Source of the DNA: Myxococcales bacterium
GTDB taxonomy: Bacteria; Myxococcota_A; UBA9042; JABWCM01; BTVJ01
Assembly: GCA_045863395.1 (NCBI GenBank)
Contig: BTVJ01000007.1
Location: 32,001 to 96,000 of the forward strand
Direction of reading: 5' to 3'
Length of the DNA: 64,000 bases
The notes beneath the pieces are model-generated. The model was not told the DNA's origin. It searched no databases and was given only the letters and a program-made list of their open reading frames with translations. Made by a program: the position numbers and the translations under genes. Of this stretch, positions 51,567 through 61,048 are shown one piece after another (the stretch's first letter is position 1; the number at the start of each line of letters is the position of its first letter).

Positions 51567-53834
51567 ATGGACAGGCGGCGGCGGTGGCGGTCGAGCCTCT
51601 ATGCGCGTGCGGCGCTGTTTCTGGCGCTGGGCGCCGCGAGCTTCGTCGGCGCGGTCGCGGTGCTGTCGGGGACGATGGTCGACGACTCGGTGGAGCGGCT
51701 GCTCGCGGAGCGGCTGGAGCTCGCCCGCACCGTCGGCGCCTTCGTCGAGCAGCGTATGAGCGCCAACCTGGCGCGCCTCAGCACCGTCTCTGCCGATTCG
51801 CTGGCGTCGGGTGACCCCGCCGCCGTCCGCGACGCCCTCGCCACCGAGTACCACGTCGGCATCTACCAGGAGGGCGCCTTCGCTCTGGATGGCGGTGGCG
51901 CCCTGATCGCCGTCGCGCCCTCCGACCTGCGAGACACCCTCGCCTCCGTCGATCTCGGCGCCATGATCCAGGTGGTGGACGCACGTGGTGGCGTCGCGAC
52001 GACACAGGTGCTCCCCCTCGGGAGGGGGGAGCGCCCGGTGGTCATCATGCTCGGGGTCGTGAAGAGGAAGGGGGAGCGCCTCGGCTATGTGGGCGGCGTC
52101 ATGCCGGTCACCGACAACAACGCGCTGGCGCCCGCGCTCCATGGGCAGCGCGGCATCGACTCGGTGATGGACCTCGTCGACACGGGCGGCGTGGTGGTCG
52201 CGTCCACGGACGCGCGGCGCCTGCTCGTGCCGGGCGACCACGACGAGGTGCTGTCGAAGGCGATCCGCGACGGCCGCGGCCTCCGGGGCCGGTGCCATGG
52301 CTGCCACACGACGGAGCAGAACCCGGCCCGCGTCGAGACGGTGCTCGCCTTCGCGCCGCTGCCGTCTCTGTCCCTCGGGGTGGCCGTGCAGCAGCCCGAG
52401 ACGGACGCTCTGGCCCCTGCCTTCGCGCTCCAGCGCCGCCTGGTGGTCATCGGGGTGTCCTTCGTGGCCCTGTTCCTGCTCTTCGCGGGGCTCTCCGTGC
52501 GCAGCGTGGTCGACCCCGTCAAGCGCCTGACCCGCGAGGTGCGCACGGTGGAGGCGGGGCAGGGCAGGGCGGCGCTGCCGGCGTTCGGGCGCGACGAGGT
52601 GGGGGTGCTCGCGTCCACCTTGGAGCGGTGGCGGAGCGGCCTCATCGATTCCTTGCAGACGGCTGAGAAGCACCGCCAGGCCCTCAACGGGGAGATGGAG
52701 CGCACACGCCAGCACCTGGAGGCGCTGCAGGAGATCGCCGGTCAGTACACGCTCGGCGCCGACGCGGAGGCCATCGTGGAGCATGGCCTCGACTCCATGC
52801 TCCACCTGCTGGGCCTCTCGCGGGGGGTGGCCCGGGTGGAGTTCGGGGAGCGCGAGATCGTCGTGCGGCGCCTCATGCCAGCCGACCAGGCGGCCCGGCT
52901 GCTCGACGCGTGCGTCGCTGAGGTAGAGCGGGGGCGGGGAGACGCCGTGCGCTGCCCCCCCGTGGACGGCCCCGACGGTGGGCGCCTCGCCACGGTCATC
53001 GGCGCCCACCACGTCGTCCCGCGAGGCATCCGGGTCGACTGCGTCCTGGCGGATCGGGCGGACCGCCCCGACGTGGAGCCTCGCTGGCTCAGCTCGCTCG
53101 TTCACCACCTGGGCATCAGCGTCACGTCGCGGCTGCTGCACGACCAGGAGCTGGCGCGACAGCAGCTCCAGGAGCAGTACCTGCACCGGGTGATGCGCGC
53201 CCAGGAGGACGAGCGGCGCCGCGTCGCGCGCGAACTGCACGACACGGTGGCCCAGGACCTGGCGGCGCTGCGGCTCGAAGTGGAGCGCCTCGGCGGGCGC
53301 CCGGAGTGTGCCCCGCTCCGGGCGGAGTTCGAGGCCCTGGAGCGGCGCGCCGGCGAGGTGCTGGAGTCGGTGCGCCGGACCCTGTTCGATCTGCGGCTCA
53401 CCGTGCTCGAGAACCTGGGCTTCCTGCCCACCCTTCAATGGCACCTGGAGCGCATGGAGAAGCAGAACGGGATTCGGGGTATCCTCGCGGTGCGTGGTCC
53501 CGAGCGGGAGCCAGAGTACGACACCGCGGTCGCCTTGTTCCGGATATTCCAGGAGTCCCTGCAGAACGTGGTCGCCCACGCGAGGGCCGAGCACGTGTCC
53601 GTAACGGTGCGGTTTGCGGACGGTCACGTGGAGATGGTCATCGAGGACGACGGACGCGGCTTCGACGTCACCCAGGCCCGCACGCCATCGGACACCGGGA
53701 GGGGCCTTGGCCTGCTCGGGATGGAGGAGCGCGCGAGGCTGGTCCGCGGGACCGTGAGCATCGAGAGCGTCGTCGGCGAGGGCACGACCGTCACCGTGTC
53801 CGCGCCCATGCCCACCCTGGAGGTCAGCGCATGA
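51567..53834 (+). CDS. Membrane sensor histidine kinase (HisKA_3/NarX-like) with periplasmic CxxCH
   Basis: Two TMs flanking a Cache-like region containing CHGCH; HAMP (GRDEVGVLA); ERRRVARELHD; FRIFQESLQNVVAHA; IEDDGRGFD; GLGLLGMEERA. Confidence 0.9.
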   Translation: MDRRRRWRSSLYARAALFLALGAASFVGAVAVLSGTMVDDSVERLLAERLELARTVGAFVEQRMSANLARLSTVSADSLASGDPAAVRDALATEYHVGIYQEGAFALDGGGALIAVAPSDLRDTLASVDLGAMIQVVDARGGVATTQVLPLGRGERPVVIMLGVVKRKGERLGYVGGVMPVTDNNALAPALHGQRGIDSVMDLVDTGGVVVASTDARRLLVPGDHDEVLSKAIRDGRGLRGRCHGCHTTEQNPARVETVLAFAPLPSLSLGVAVQQPETDALAPAFALQRRLVVIGVSFVALFLLFAGLSVRSVVDPVKRLTREVRTVEAGQGRAALPAFGRDEVGVLASTLERWRSGLIDSLQTAEKHRQALNGEMERTRQHLEALQEIAGQYTLGADAEAIVEHGLDSMLHLLGLSRGVARVEFGEREIVVRRLMPADQAARLLDACVAEVERGRGDAVRCPPVDGPDGGRLATVIGAHHVVPRGIRVDCVLADRADRPDVEPRWLSSLVHHLGISVTSRLLHDQELARQQLQEQYLHRVMRAQEDERRRVARELHDTVAQDLAALRLEVERLGGRPECAPLRAEFEALERRAGEVLESVRRTLFDLRLTVLENLGFLPTLQWHLERMEKQNGIRGILAVRGPEREPEYDTAVALFRIFQESLQNVVAHARAEHVSVTVRFADGHVEMVIEDDGRGFDVTQARTPSDTGRGLGLLGMEERARLVRGTVSIESVVGEGTTVTVSAPMPTLEVSA

Positions 53835-54484
53835 TCCGTGTCGTGATCGCCGACGACCACGCCGTGCTCCGTGTGGGCCTGCGGGCGTGGCTCGAGGAGC
53901 AGGGTGGCGCGTTCCAGGTGGTTGGCGAAGCCCCTGACGGAGAGGTAGCCATCGCGCTTGTAGAGAAGCTCCGTCCGGACCTCTTGCTGCTGGACCTCTC
54001 CATGGGGGGCCTGGGCGGTATGGAGACCACCCTGGAGCTGCGTCACCGGGGCAACCGGGTGCCGATCCTCATCTTGACCCAGTACAGCGAGCCCATGGTG
54101 CTCCGCCGCGTGCTGGAGGCGGGCGCAAACGGCTATGTCCTCAAGTCGGCTCGGGGCGAGGATCTCCTGTCCGCCATCCGCGCCGTGGCTGCCGGTGGAA
54201 CGTGGATCGACCCGTCCATGGCGGGCGCCCTCGTGTCGCGGGCCCTCGGGCGCCAGGAGAGTTCCAGCGAGGAGGAGGCCTTCGGGCGACTGTCTCCTCG
54301 CGAGCGTCAGGTCCTCAAGCTGGTCGCCGAGGGCCTCTCCAACAAGGAGGTCGCCGTGGCGCTGGACGTCGCGGTCAAGACCGTCATGGCCCACCGCGCG
54401 AACCTCATGGACAAGCTGGACATCCACAACCACTCGAAGCTGGTGCAGCTCGCCATTCGCATGGGGTTGATCCAGGTGGATTGA
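53831..54484 (+). CDS. NarL/FixJ family response regulator (REC + LuxR HTH)
   Basis: IADDHAVLR, LLDLSM, GANGYVLK, LSPRERQVLKLVAEGLSNKEVA; ATGA overlap with the kinase. Confidence 0.95.
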   Translation: MIRVVIADDHAVLRVGLRAWLEEQGGAFQVVGEAPDGEVAIALVEKLRPDLLLLDLSMGGLGGMETTLELRHRGNRVPILILTQYSEPMVLRRVLEAGANGYVLKSARGEDLLSAIRAVAAGGTWIDPSMAGALVSRALGRQESSSEEEAFGRLSPRERQVLKLVAEGLSNKEVAVALDVAVKTVMAHRANLMDKLDIHNHSKLVQLAIRMGLIQVD

Positions 54485-54499
54485 GGGGGGCCTGGATGC

Positions 54500-55753
54500 T
54501 CAGCGGAAGAAGGCGGCATCGTCCGTGTCAGCCGACGCCCCACACGCCGGGCAGCGTGGGTTGCGGGCCACTCGAGCGCCGTACCAGCGCAGGATCGCCG
54601 AGCGATCAAACCGGTACCCCATGGGTGGGAGCTGGGCGTACACTCCCTCGCGCCTGTTTGCCCACACGTAGAGGTCAGCGGCCAGGTCGTCTTCCAGGGA
54701 CTCGACGGCGCCGTGCTGGCTCCGCGTCAGCTCGTGCAGGGCGAGCCGCGTGATCATCGTGCACACGGGGGCAATGTCGGCAGACAGGCCCGGCTGGATT
54801 CGAGCACCCAGTTCGCTGTCTGAGACATACTCCGGTGCCATTCGTCTCGCCTGAGCACGCTGGGAGATCTCTTCTTCACCGGACAGGAGCCCCTGCCCGA
54901 ACACGCAGGACAGGCACGGTCCCTGTCCTGGGCGCACACGCAGGACGTCTCCCCCCACTCCGCGCGAGAGGACCCGCCCGAAGAGGGCGGTGACACCCAG
55001 GTCCACGGCCGCGCGGTTGATGTTCGAGCGGCTCCGCCGATCATCCGTTGCTCCAATGACCACGTTGGCTGCGGACAGCGCTCGACTGAGGGCGCAGGGG
55101 TCATCGTTGACGTTCATCTCGACGGTCTCGACTCGAGCCCAGGGATTGCGACGCAGCAGGGCGTCTCGCACCGCCAGGGTCTTCAGTCGACCGAGGGCTT
55201 CGAGGCCGCAGATGTGCCGAGAGATGTTGGACGGCTCCAGGCGGTCGAAGTCGATGAGGACGAACCGGCCGACGCCCGCTCGGGCCAGCTCCAGCGCGAC
55301 GGCCGAGCCGCCGCTCCCGAGCCCGACGACGGCGGCGCAGCGGCCGGCGAGGAGGTCCGGGTCCGCGAGCCCCCGGTTTCGGCTCTGGATGGATTCTCGC
55401 CCGTCGACCCACTGCACGGATGCCTCCGTGCAGGACCCCTCCGAAACGAGCCATGCGCGCGCCTCAGGTCTGCGGGCGCCCGGCTCCAGGGAGATGACGA
55501 GCGCCGCAGCGCCCCCAGACGGAAACGGCAGGCGTTCGATCACACTCCCGGCTGCCGCCTCGGCGCCTCCCGGCGGGGCGACGACACAGGCGCATGGGAG
55601 CGGTTCTCCCGATGTCGAGTATGCCGGCGCCTCCGGCCATGCGTGGATGACGGACGAGTGGTCAAGTGCGCGCGCCGTCCAGCGACTGACTCCTGGACCC
55701 AGACGCAGCGTGGCGTTGCCCTGCGTCGATTCCATCCAGACAGTGGCCGTCAT
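54500..55753 (-). CDS. ThiF/E1-family adenylyltransferase with an N-terminal extra domain
   Basis: VVGLGSGGS, LARAGVG, DFDRLEPSNISRH, GRLKT, ATDD, CLSC and CPAC zinc pairs; about 120 aa N-terminal domain of unknown fold. Confidence 0.88.
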   Translation of the reverse strand: MTATVWMESTQGNATLRLGPGVSRWTARALDHSSVIHAWPEAPAYSTSGEPLPCACVVAPPGGAEAAAGSVIERLPFPSGGAAALVISLEPGARRPEARAWLVSEGSCTEASVQWVDGRESIQSRNRGLADPDLLAGRCAAVVGLGSGGSAVALELARAGVGRFVLIDFDRLEPSNISRHICGLEALGRLKTLAVRDALLRRNPWARVETVEMNVNDDPCALSRALSAANVVIGATDDRRSRSNINRAAVDLGVTALFGRVLSRGVGGDVLRVRPGQGPCLSCVFGQGLLSGEEEISQRAQARRMAPEYVSDSELGARIQPGLSADIAPVCTMITRLALHELTRSQHGAVESLEDDLAADLYVWANRREGVYAQLPPMGYRFDRSAILRWYGARVARNPRCPACGASADTDDAAFFR

Positions 55754-55956
55754 CGCGCACCTCCCCAGGCGAAGAACCCGTCCTGCGCGATCTGGTCGAC
55801 GACGGTCTCGTCGGGGCTCGGGTGTGTGGCGCCCTGGGAACGCACCACGAGCTCTCCGGTGCGGGCATCGAACACCAGCTCACCTGCGGCGCTCCCCTGG
55901 TCGGTCGTGATCTCGAGGTGGTTCAGGACATCCTGCGTCTTCTTGCTGCTCGACAT
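55750..55956 (-). CDS. Small protein, candidate modifier/substrate of the E1-E2 module
   Basis: 68 aa, AGAGGAG RBS, ATGA overlap with the ThiF gene; ends DGFFAWGGAR. Confidence 0.7.
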   Translation of the reverse strand: MSSSKKTQDVLNHLEITTDQGSAAGELVFDARTGELVVRSQGATHPSPDETVVDQIAQDGFFAWGGAR

Positions 55957-55968
55957 GGTCGTGCTCCT

Positions 55969-56412
55969 CTACTGGTGCGGCAGGAAGTCGTCCATCGGCT
56001 TGCCGGTGCGGCGGTGACCTTCGAGGGCCTCGAGCCACAGTCTCACCTTCAGGAGGACGAGGTACAGGGTCTTGCGCTCGTCCCAGCGATCAGGACGGTA
56101 GTGGCACACCGCGACTCGTCCCTCGACCGGAGCGAGAGTGTGCATCGACGCGGACATGCCCCGCGCCGCGATGCTGGATCCGGCGTAGCCCAGCAGGGGA
56201 GCGGGACTTCAGATGATGGCCGTCGGCAGCGAGTGAGGCATGTCGGCCGGGATGACGACCCGGACCGTGAAGCGGTTCCCCGCGTTGGTCGTGAGGTCCC
56301 CCTGCACGAAGGTCCTACCCGTTGGATCGTACCACTGCATCGTCGGAAACATCCGGCGCAGGAGCGCCCGCTCGACTCCAAGGCGCTGCTGCTGCTCAGG
56401 GGTCCAGGCCAT
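55969..56412 (-). pseudogene. E2/UBC-like protein interrupted by one in-frame TGA (56209-56211)
   Basis: ORFs 56209..56499 and 55969..56157 share a frame; joined they read QRLGVERALL...VVIPADMPHSLPTAII*SP...MHTLAPVEGRVAVCHYRPDRW...WLEALEGH, a UBC-like P-x3-P/H...C...W pattern. Confidence 0.65.
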
Positions 56413-56770
56413 CGGTGTCTTCCGTCTTGCGTGGGAGCGCCCCTGCCGGAGCGTCTTGATCACAAGGACCAAGAACGTCGCCGCTCGTGTCTCTGACAAG
56501 ATCGTCTCGCTGAACTTCGTGGATCTCGCGCGCTGCGCGAATGAATGCTGACGGGTCGTCCCTCAAGACGGGGAGGCCCACCAGCGGACGCCAACCATCG
56601 TGCGTAGGCTTGTACGGGGTGACATCCTCGCCAGGGAAGCGCTCGGGGAACACGAGGCGAACGAATGTCGGGTCTCCCAAGTCCAGGACGAAGTTCCCGA
56701 TCCGGTTCGCCTCGCCTTCGTATATGACGATTCGAGCGGTCGGCGGGGTCGTGTACGTGCGTTGACTCAT
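56396..56770 (-). CDS. Hypothetical protein, possibly an internally deleted JAB/MPN protein
   Basis: Strong GGAGGAG RBS; N-terminus IVIYEGEANRIGNFVLD resembles the first strand/helix of prokaryotic JAB proteins, but no ExxG or HSH-x7-S-x2-D motif is present. Confidence 0.45.
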   Translation of the reverse strand: MSQRTYTTPPTARIVIYEGEANRIGNFVLDLGDPTFVRLVFPERFPGEDVTPYKPTHDGWRPLVGLPVLRDDPSAFIRAAREIHEVQRDDLVRDTSGDVLGPCDQDAPAGALPRKTEDTDGLDP

Positions 56771-56846
56771 GGGCTCTCCTCCATCATGTGGCAGAAAGCT
56801 CAGGAAACGTCACATCTGACAGAGAATCCGTGGTACGTGGCTTCTT

Positions 56847-59800
56847 CTACGCCTGCGAACGTCCTACCACCTTCTCTTCATAGGATTCGTTGCGGCTGAG
56901 TGAGTATGCAAGGGATTGGCCGCGCTGCCGTTGTGCTACGAACCACAGGCCCGGAGTGCCCGCCCTGTCCCGCTCGATCCACGCGAGGTCGCCGAGCGGG
57001 AGGCGAGACTGGCTGAACTCCAGCGCAACGTCGACGCGGCCCTCCAGGACGGTCTGCGCCGGTACGGACGTGGGGAAGGCTCTGAGTACCCAGGCCGGAC
57101 CCGTTCCTGGCAGCGCAATCAGAGTGGGCGGGGACTCGGCACAAAAGGCCGACCGGGAGAGGAGCGCCAGAAACGCCTCCGTCGCACCGTCCAGCTCCCC
57201 GGCGTGGCGAGAGAGTGGGCCGGGCGTGTGCTCGAACCGCTGAAGGGCGTCGATGGTGTCGAAGGCGAGCGCTGCAGTAGCAGGGTTGCGCAGCGGCGCC
57301 AGCAACGTCGCCAGGGGCCCCGGTTCGACGGCCGCGTCCGACAACGCATGGGCGACGCGCAGGAGAGCCATCTTCGTGGGGCGCGACAGCAGCTCGTCTC
57401 TCTGTCGGCCGGTGACCAGGTCCGCAGTGATCGCTGGGAAGACGTGCAGGCGGAGCCACGTGCTCGCTGCGAGGTCGAGGAAGGCGAGCCGCTGGCCCCA
57501 GGGACGACTCCCGCAGGTGCGGCGGTCCATCAGGGCCGCGACCATGGCGCCGAGGGGCATGGGGAGGAGGTGCGGTCTGGGGAGGGCGAACTCCAGCACC
57601 GGGCTCGTGCCAAAGGAGACGAGTGTTCCCTGCCCGGCCTCGCCCAGGGCGGTGGACTCGAGGACGAGCTCTGGGTCCTCGTTCGGGACATCGACGCGCA
57701 CATCGCGGGCCGGTTCGTAGCCCCAATAGCGCGCCCGCCCGGCGACGACCCCGCGGTACAGGCCGACAGAGCAGGGGTCTCCCGAAGGGTGGAGCGAACG
57801 AGCCACGGCGTGGAGATCGAGAGGAGACACGCCCTCGGGCCTCACGAACAGGTGGTGCTCCCCCGGGGTCGCGCTGACGCCAGATGATGGTGCCAGGTGG
57901 AGCTGCGCCCTTCGGAGGGGAGGGCCGAGGTGCCTCGTGACCTCGTCCGCTGCGAAGAGAAGCGCCGAGACGGACTCCGACGCAGGCGGTCGACCCGTCA
58001 CCGAGCCCGGGAGGTAGTAGGCGGCCCACTGCCCGACCCCGTGGAGGGCGCTGTTGCATATCCGGGCGAAGTGGAGTCCGCCAAGGCTGCTCCACGAGGT
58101 GGAGAGGTGATCCCCGATGCCCCCAAGGCGCGCGCGCAGTCTGGCTCCGGCGTCATCATTGTCGGGCGAGCTCCCTCGCGCGGAGTGACGGTTGCCGAGG
58201 GCCCGATCAAGGAGGTCCTCCATGCCCCCTATGGAAGGTCTGTGCGAGATGCTGCGAAGCCACGAGCGGATCGTCGCCGTGGCGGGTACGTTCGAGTCGC
58301 TGATCACCTCCCGGGCTGCTGCCAGCACGAGTGCCGCGGCCAGGTGCAGTGGCAGCTCTACTGCAACCTGAAGGGCCGTGAGCTGGTCCACGGGCTCGGT
58401 GGCGCTGCACAACGGGTCTGCGAGCTGCGCTAGAGGGCCTCCTGCCGCCAGACAGCGCAACGCGATGCGCGCGAGGCCGCCGCTGGCCGAGTCGAGTGGG
58501 ATCGACTCGGCCAGAGTCGAGATGTCCTCCGGGGCTCCTGTGGTCGCAAAGCGGTCCGCCAGGGCGTGCGCCCGGTCGGGGTGAGAGCAGCTCGCGGTGG
58601 CGCCGATGCGCGCCAGCGCCAGGTCCTCGTCGCCAGCCTGACGCGCATGCCAGGCGGCCAGGGCACCCCCGGCCGGCTCTCCCTGCCAGCGGGCGGCCAA
58701 CACTCCGAGGGCCCGGTGGGCCGCACGCATGCGCCCTCTTCCGGCGACGGTGGCCGCGCGGCTGCTGTCCCCCCGCGCGACCGAGGCGCCGCCTCCCGCC
58801 TGCACGAGCGTTGCCTCCGGCGGCGGGTCATCGAGCCAGTGCGCGATCTGGCGGGCGACGCTGAGCCCATGGGCGGAGGGACTCTCGGACATCTCCCCCA
58901 GCGCCTCCTCGATCTGGTCGCTGGTCACCGGTGCCTGGCAGGCTGCAAGCACGGCCAGCATCCGAAGGCGCAGCTCCTCGTGCTCGGGGGTGTTCAACCA
59001 TGACGAACGTTGTGGAGTCAGGGAGGGACCGACCATCACGCGGACGATCCTCTCTCCAAGCGCGAGCTCCACGGCGTGATACGCGTCTCGCGCTCTCTCG
59101 AGCCGGTTCTTGTGCACTTCGGCGTATACTGGCTGGCTCTTGGCGGAGGGAATCAGGAGCGCTGTGAGCTGCTGGCGTTGGGCCAGCGCTTGGAGCTTGG
59201 CCTCGACGTGGCTCGTCTCCAGCTCCTGCAAGCCCAGGTCGCGCACGCAGCCGCTGACAGCGAGGTGCGCCGGCAGCGCGAGCCCGCGGACCCGTGCGAC
59301 CATGGCCAGGAAGACCGCAAGCCCCAGCGAGCTTCCCGTCACCCAGCGTGGGTCTGATCGCCGCGGGAGCAGCTCTACTCTCAGCTCTGCGATGCGGTCA
59401 GGCGCCTGAAGCACATGTGCGGCGAGTTCGAGCGCGGCTGTGACTCCAGTGACCGTCTCGGGCTGGAGAGGGCGCCCGAGCGGAGGCTCTCCATGCCGTG
59501 CCACTCGCACCTCCAGCAGGGACGGGCAGTGGCCTCCGACCACCGGGAACGCGACGGTGTGCGCGAAACGACGATGATACCAGAGGCGCTCCATGGCGTG
59601 GGGAATGTCTGGCCTGCGTGCGGTGCGCAGCGCGGACATCACCCTGCCATGGAGGGCGCCCTGAGCGACCAGGACGCCCTCGCAGTCCATGGCCTCTTCG
59701 GCGAGCTCCTCGAGGAGGCCTGCGCGGACCTCGGGGGAGTCGATGGTCGCCGACGTGATGTGTTCGATGGCCTCGGGGATCGCCCCGCGACTGAGGTGGC

Positions 59801-59849
59801 GGCGGGCTTCCGCCCGCAGGGTCTCGACGGTCGACACAGCGCCTCTCAC
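56847..59849 (-). CDS. Large protein with a Lon-like (S16) Ser-Lys protease domain and helical/unknown C-terminal regions
   Basis: VTGSSLGLAVFLA...LAVSGCV...VEAKLQA...LLIP; Lys is 44 residues after the putative Ser; GTGA overlap with the upstream gene. Confidence 0.65.
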   Translation of the reverse strand: MRGAVSTVETLRAEARRHLSRGAIPEAIEHITSATIDSPEVRAGLLEELAEEAMDCEGVLVAQGALHGRVMSALRTARRPDIPHAMERLWYHRRFAHTVAFPVVGGHCPSLLEVRVARHGEPPLGRPLQPETVTGVTAALELAAHVLQAPDRIAELRVELLPRRSDPRWVTGSSLGLAVFLAMVARVRGLALPAHLAVSGCVRDLGLQELETSHVEAKLQALAQRQQLTALLIPSAKSQPVYAEVHKNRLERARDAYHAVELALGERIVRVMVGPSLTPQRSSWLNTPEHEELRLRMLAVLAACQAPVTSDQIEEALGEMSESPSAHGLSVARQIAHWLDDPPPEATLVQAGGGASVARGDSSRAATVAGRGRMRAAHRALGVLAARWQGEPAGGALAAWHARQAGDEDLALARIGATASCSHPDRAHALADRFATTGAPEDISTLAESIPLDSASGGLARIALRCLAAGGPLAQLADPLCSATEPVDQLTALQVAVELPLHLAAALVLAAAREVISDSNVPATATIRSWLRSISHRPSIGGMEDLLDRALGNRHSARGSSPDNDDAGARLRARLGGIGDHLSTSWSSLGGLHFARICNSALHGVGQWAAYYLPGSVTGRPPASESVSALLFAADEVTRHLGPPLRRAQLHLAPSSGVSATPGEHHLFVRPEGVSPLDLHAVARSLHPSGDPCSVGLYRGVVAGRARYWGYEPARDVRVDVPNEDPELVLESTALGEAGQGTLVSFGTSPVLEFALPRPHLLPMPLGAMVAALMDRRTCGSRPWGQRLAFLDLAASTWLRLHVFPAITADLVTGRQRDELLSRPTKMALLRVAHALSDAAVEPGPLATLLAPLRNPATAALAFDTIDALQRFEHTPGPLSRHAGELDGATEAFLALLSRSAFCAESPPTLIALPGTGPAWVLRAFPTSVPAQTVLEGRVDVALEFSQSRLPLGDLAWIERDRAGTPGLWFVAQRQRGQSLAYSLSRNESYEEKVVGRSQA

Positions 59850-61045
59850 GAGCCGACCACGGGGATGATGGCGACGGGAACTCCATCGACGAGCACGACG
59901 ACATCACCCGAGCCTGGTACCGCCGCAACGAGGACGAGCTGCGTGGGTGCCCTGATGATTGTGAGCGCTTGGAGCGACCGAGCCGAGAGCGACAGCTCCA
60001 TGTTCGGCACGACGTCGGCGACACCACCCGGCAACGCGATGCCGCTGAGGGATACCGCCAGCGCCCATGGTCGACTCTCGTCGTCGTCCCGCGCCGGTCT
60101 CCACCCGTCCTCGTCGTGAACTACCTCGCACCAAGCGAGCCGGAGACTCCCGTCGCGGAGCAGCATGAAGTGCTGTGAGTCGGCCGTCGGGTCGACGAAC
60201 GTGCGTGTCATGGCCGCAAGCACCATCTCGTAGGCGTGCCGCTCGGAGTGAATGGGTGGCTGTCTGATGGGCAGGACGACGACATTGCGGATGGGCTCAC
60301 GGCCCGTGTACTTCCTCGTGTCGACTTCGCACCCTTCGTCGGCGGGCCTGCGCGGCTCCCACGCGATGACCTCCTCCAGTCCGTCCAGGACGCCCAGGAA
60401 GTTATCCTGGGTAAGGGCGAGGGCAGGGTCTGCTTCGGCGAGGTCTGGATCGAACGAAGCCCGACACTCTGCAATCCACATCCATGCCGGGAACCAGACG
60501 CCAGGATCCTCGTTCACCCTCGCGATGGCGTCGGTGAGTGAGTCAGACCACTCCGAGGGTGGGTCCAAGCCCAGCGCCTCGAGCACTGCGGCGACCACGG
60601 TGGCGTCGTCCAGGTCGGAGAGGAGCTCCCTGGCAGCCCGGGACCGTACTCCCTCTTCAGCCACGGGATCGTCCGCGTCATCGGCGTAGGCCTGGGCAGA
60701 CTCCAGCCACGCCGCGACGCTCGGGAGATTGTCCAGCACCAGCTTCGCCAGGACGTGGCCCTCCCTCTGCATGACACTGGCGAGCGCAGTCGTGATCCCG
60801 AACGCTGGTCTCTGATCGCGAAGCGCAGGCCGGATGCGCCGCAGCGCTCCCCAGCAGGACAGAAGATCCCACGCTACCTCCACCGCATCGACCGTATCGC
60901 GCTCGACGGGCGGCAGGGCATCCCATCGCTCCAGAGCCTCCTGCGCTCGCGCCTCATAGAGCTCCGTGGCGTCGGTCCCTGGCAGCGTGACGCCGAAGTG
61001 CGCCGAGAGACCAGAGACGTCGAAGTGCTTGGTGATATCGTTCAT
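59846..61045 (-). CDS. Hypothetical protein (acidic helical N-part, beta-rich C-part)
   Basis: 399-aa ORF starting 3 nt after the upstream stop, translationally coupled to the downstream gene. Confidence 0.7.
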   Translation of the reverse strand: MNDITKHFDVSGLSAHFGVTLPGTDATELYEARAQEALERWDALPPVERDTVDAVEVAWDLLSCWGALRRIRPALRDQRPAFGITTALASVMQREGHVLAKLVLDNLPSVAAWLESAQAYADDADDPVAEEGVRSRAARELLSDLDDATVVAAVLEALGLDPPSEWSDSLTDAIARVNEDPGVWFPAWMWIAECRASFDPDLAEADPALALTQDNFLGVLDGLEEVIAWEPRRPADEGCEVDTRKYTGREPIRNVVVLPIRQPPIHSERHAYEMVLAAMTRTFVDPTADSQHFMLLRDGSLRLAWCEVVHDEDGWRPARDDDESRPWALAVSLSGIALPGGVADVVPNMELSLSARSLQALTIIRAPTQLVLVAAVPGSGDVVVLVDGVPVAIIPVVGS

Positions 61046-61048
61046 GGC

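Noticed and set aside
54500..55753. Housekeeping thiF/moeB
   Set aside because: Extra N-terminal domain, no thiS/moaD/thiG neighbours and island-like context.
56209..56211. Selenocysteine codon in the E2-like gene
   Set aside because: The TGA is not at the putative catalytic Cys position and I could not see a convincing SECIS hairpin directly downstream; nonsense mutation is more parsimonious.
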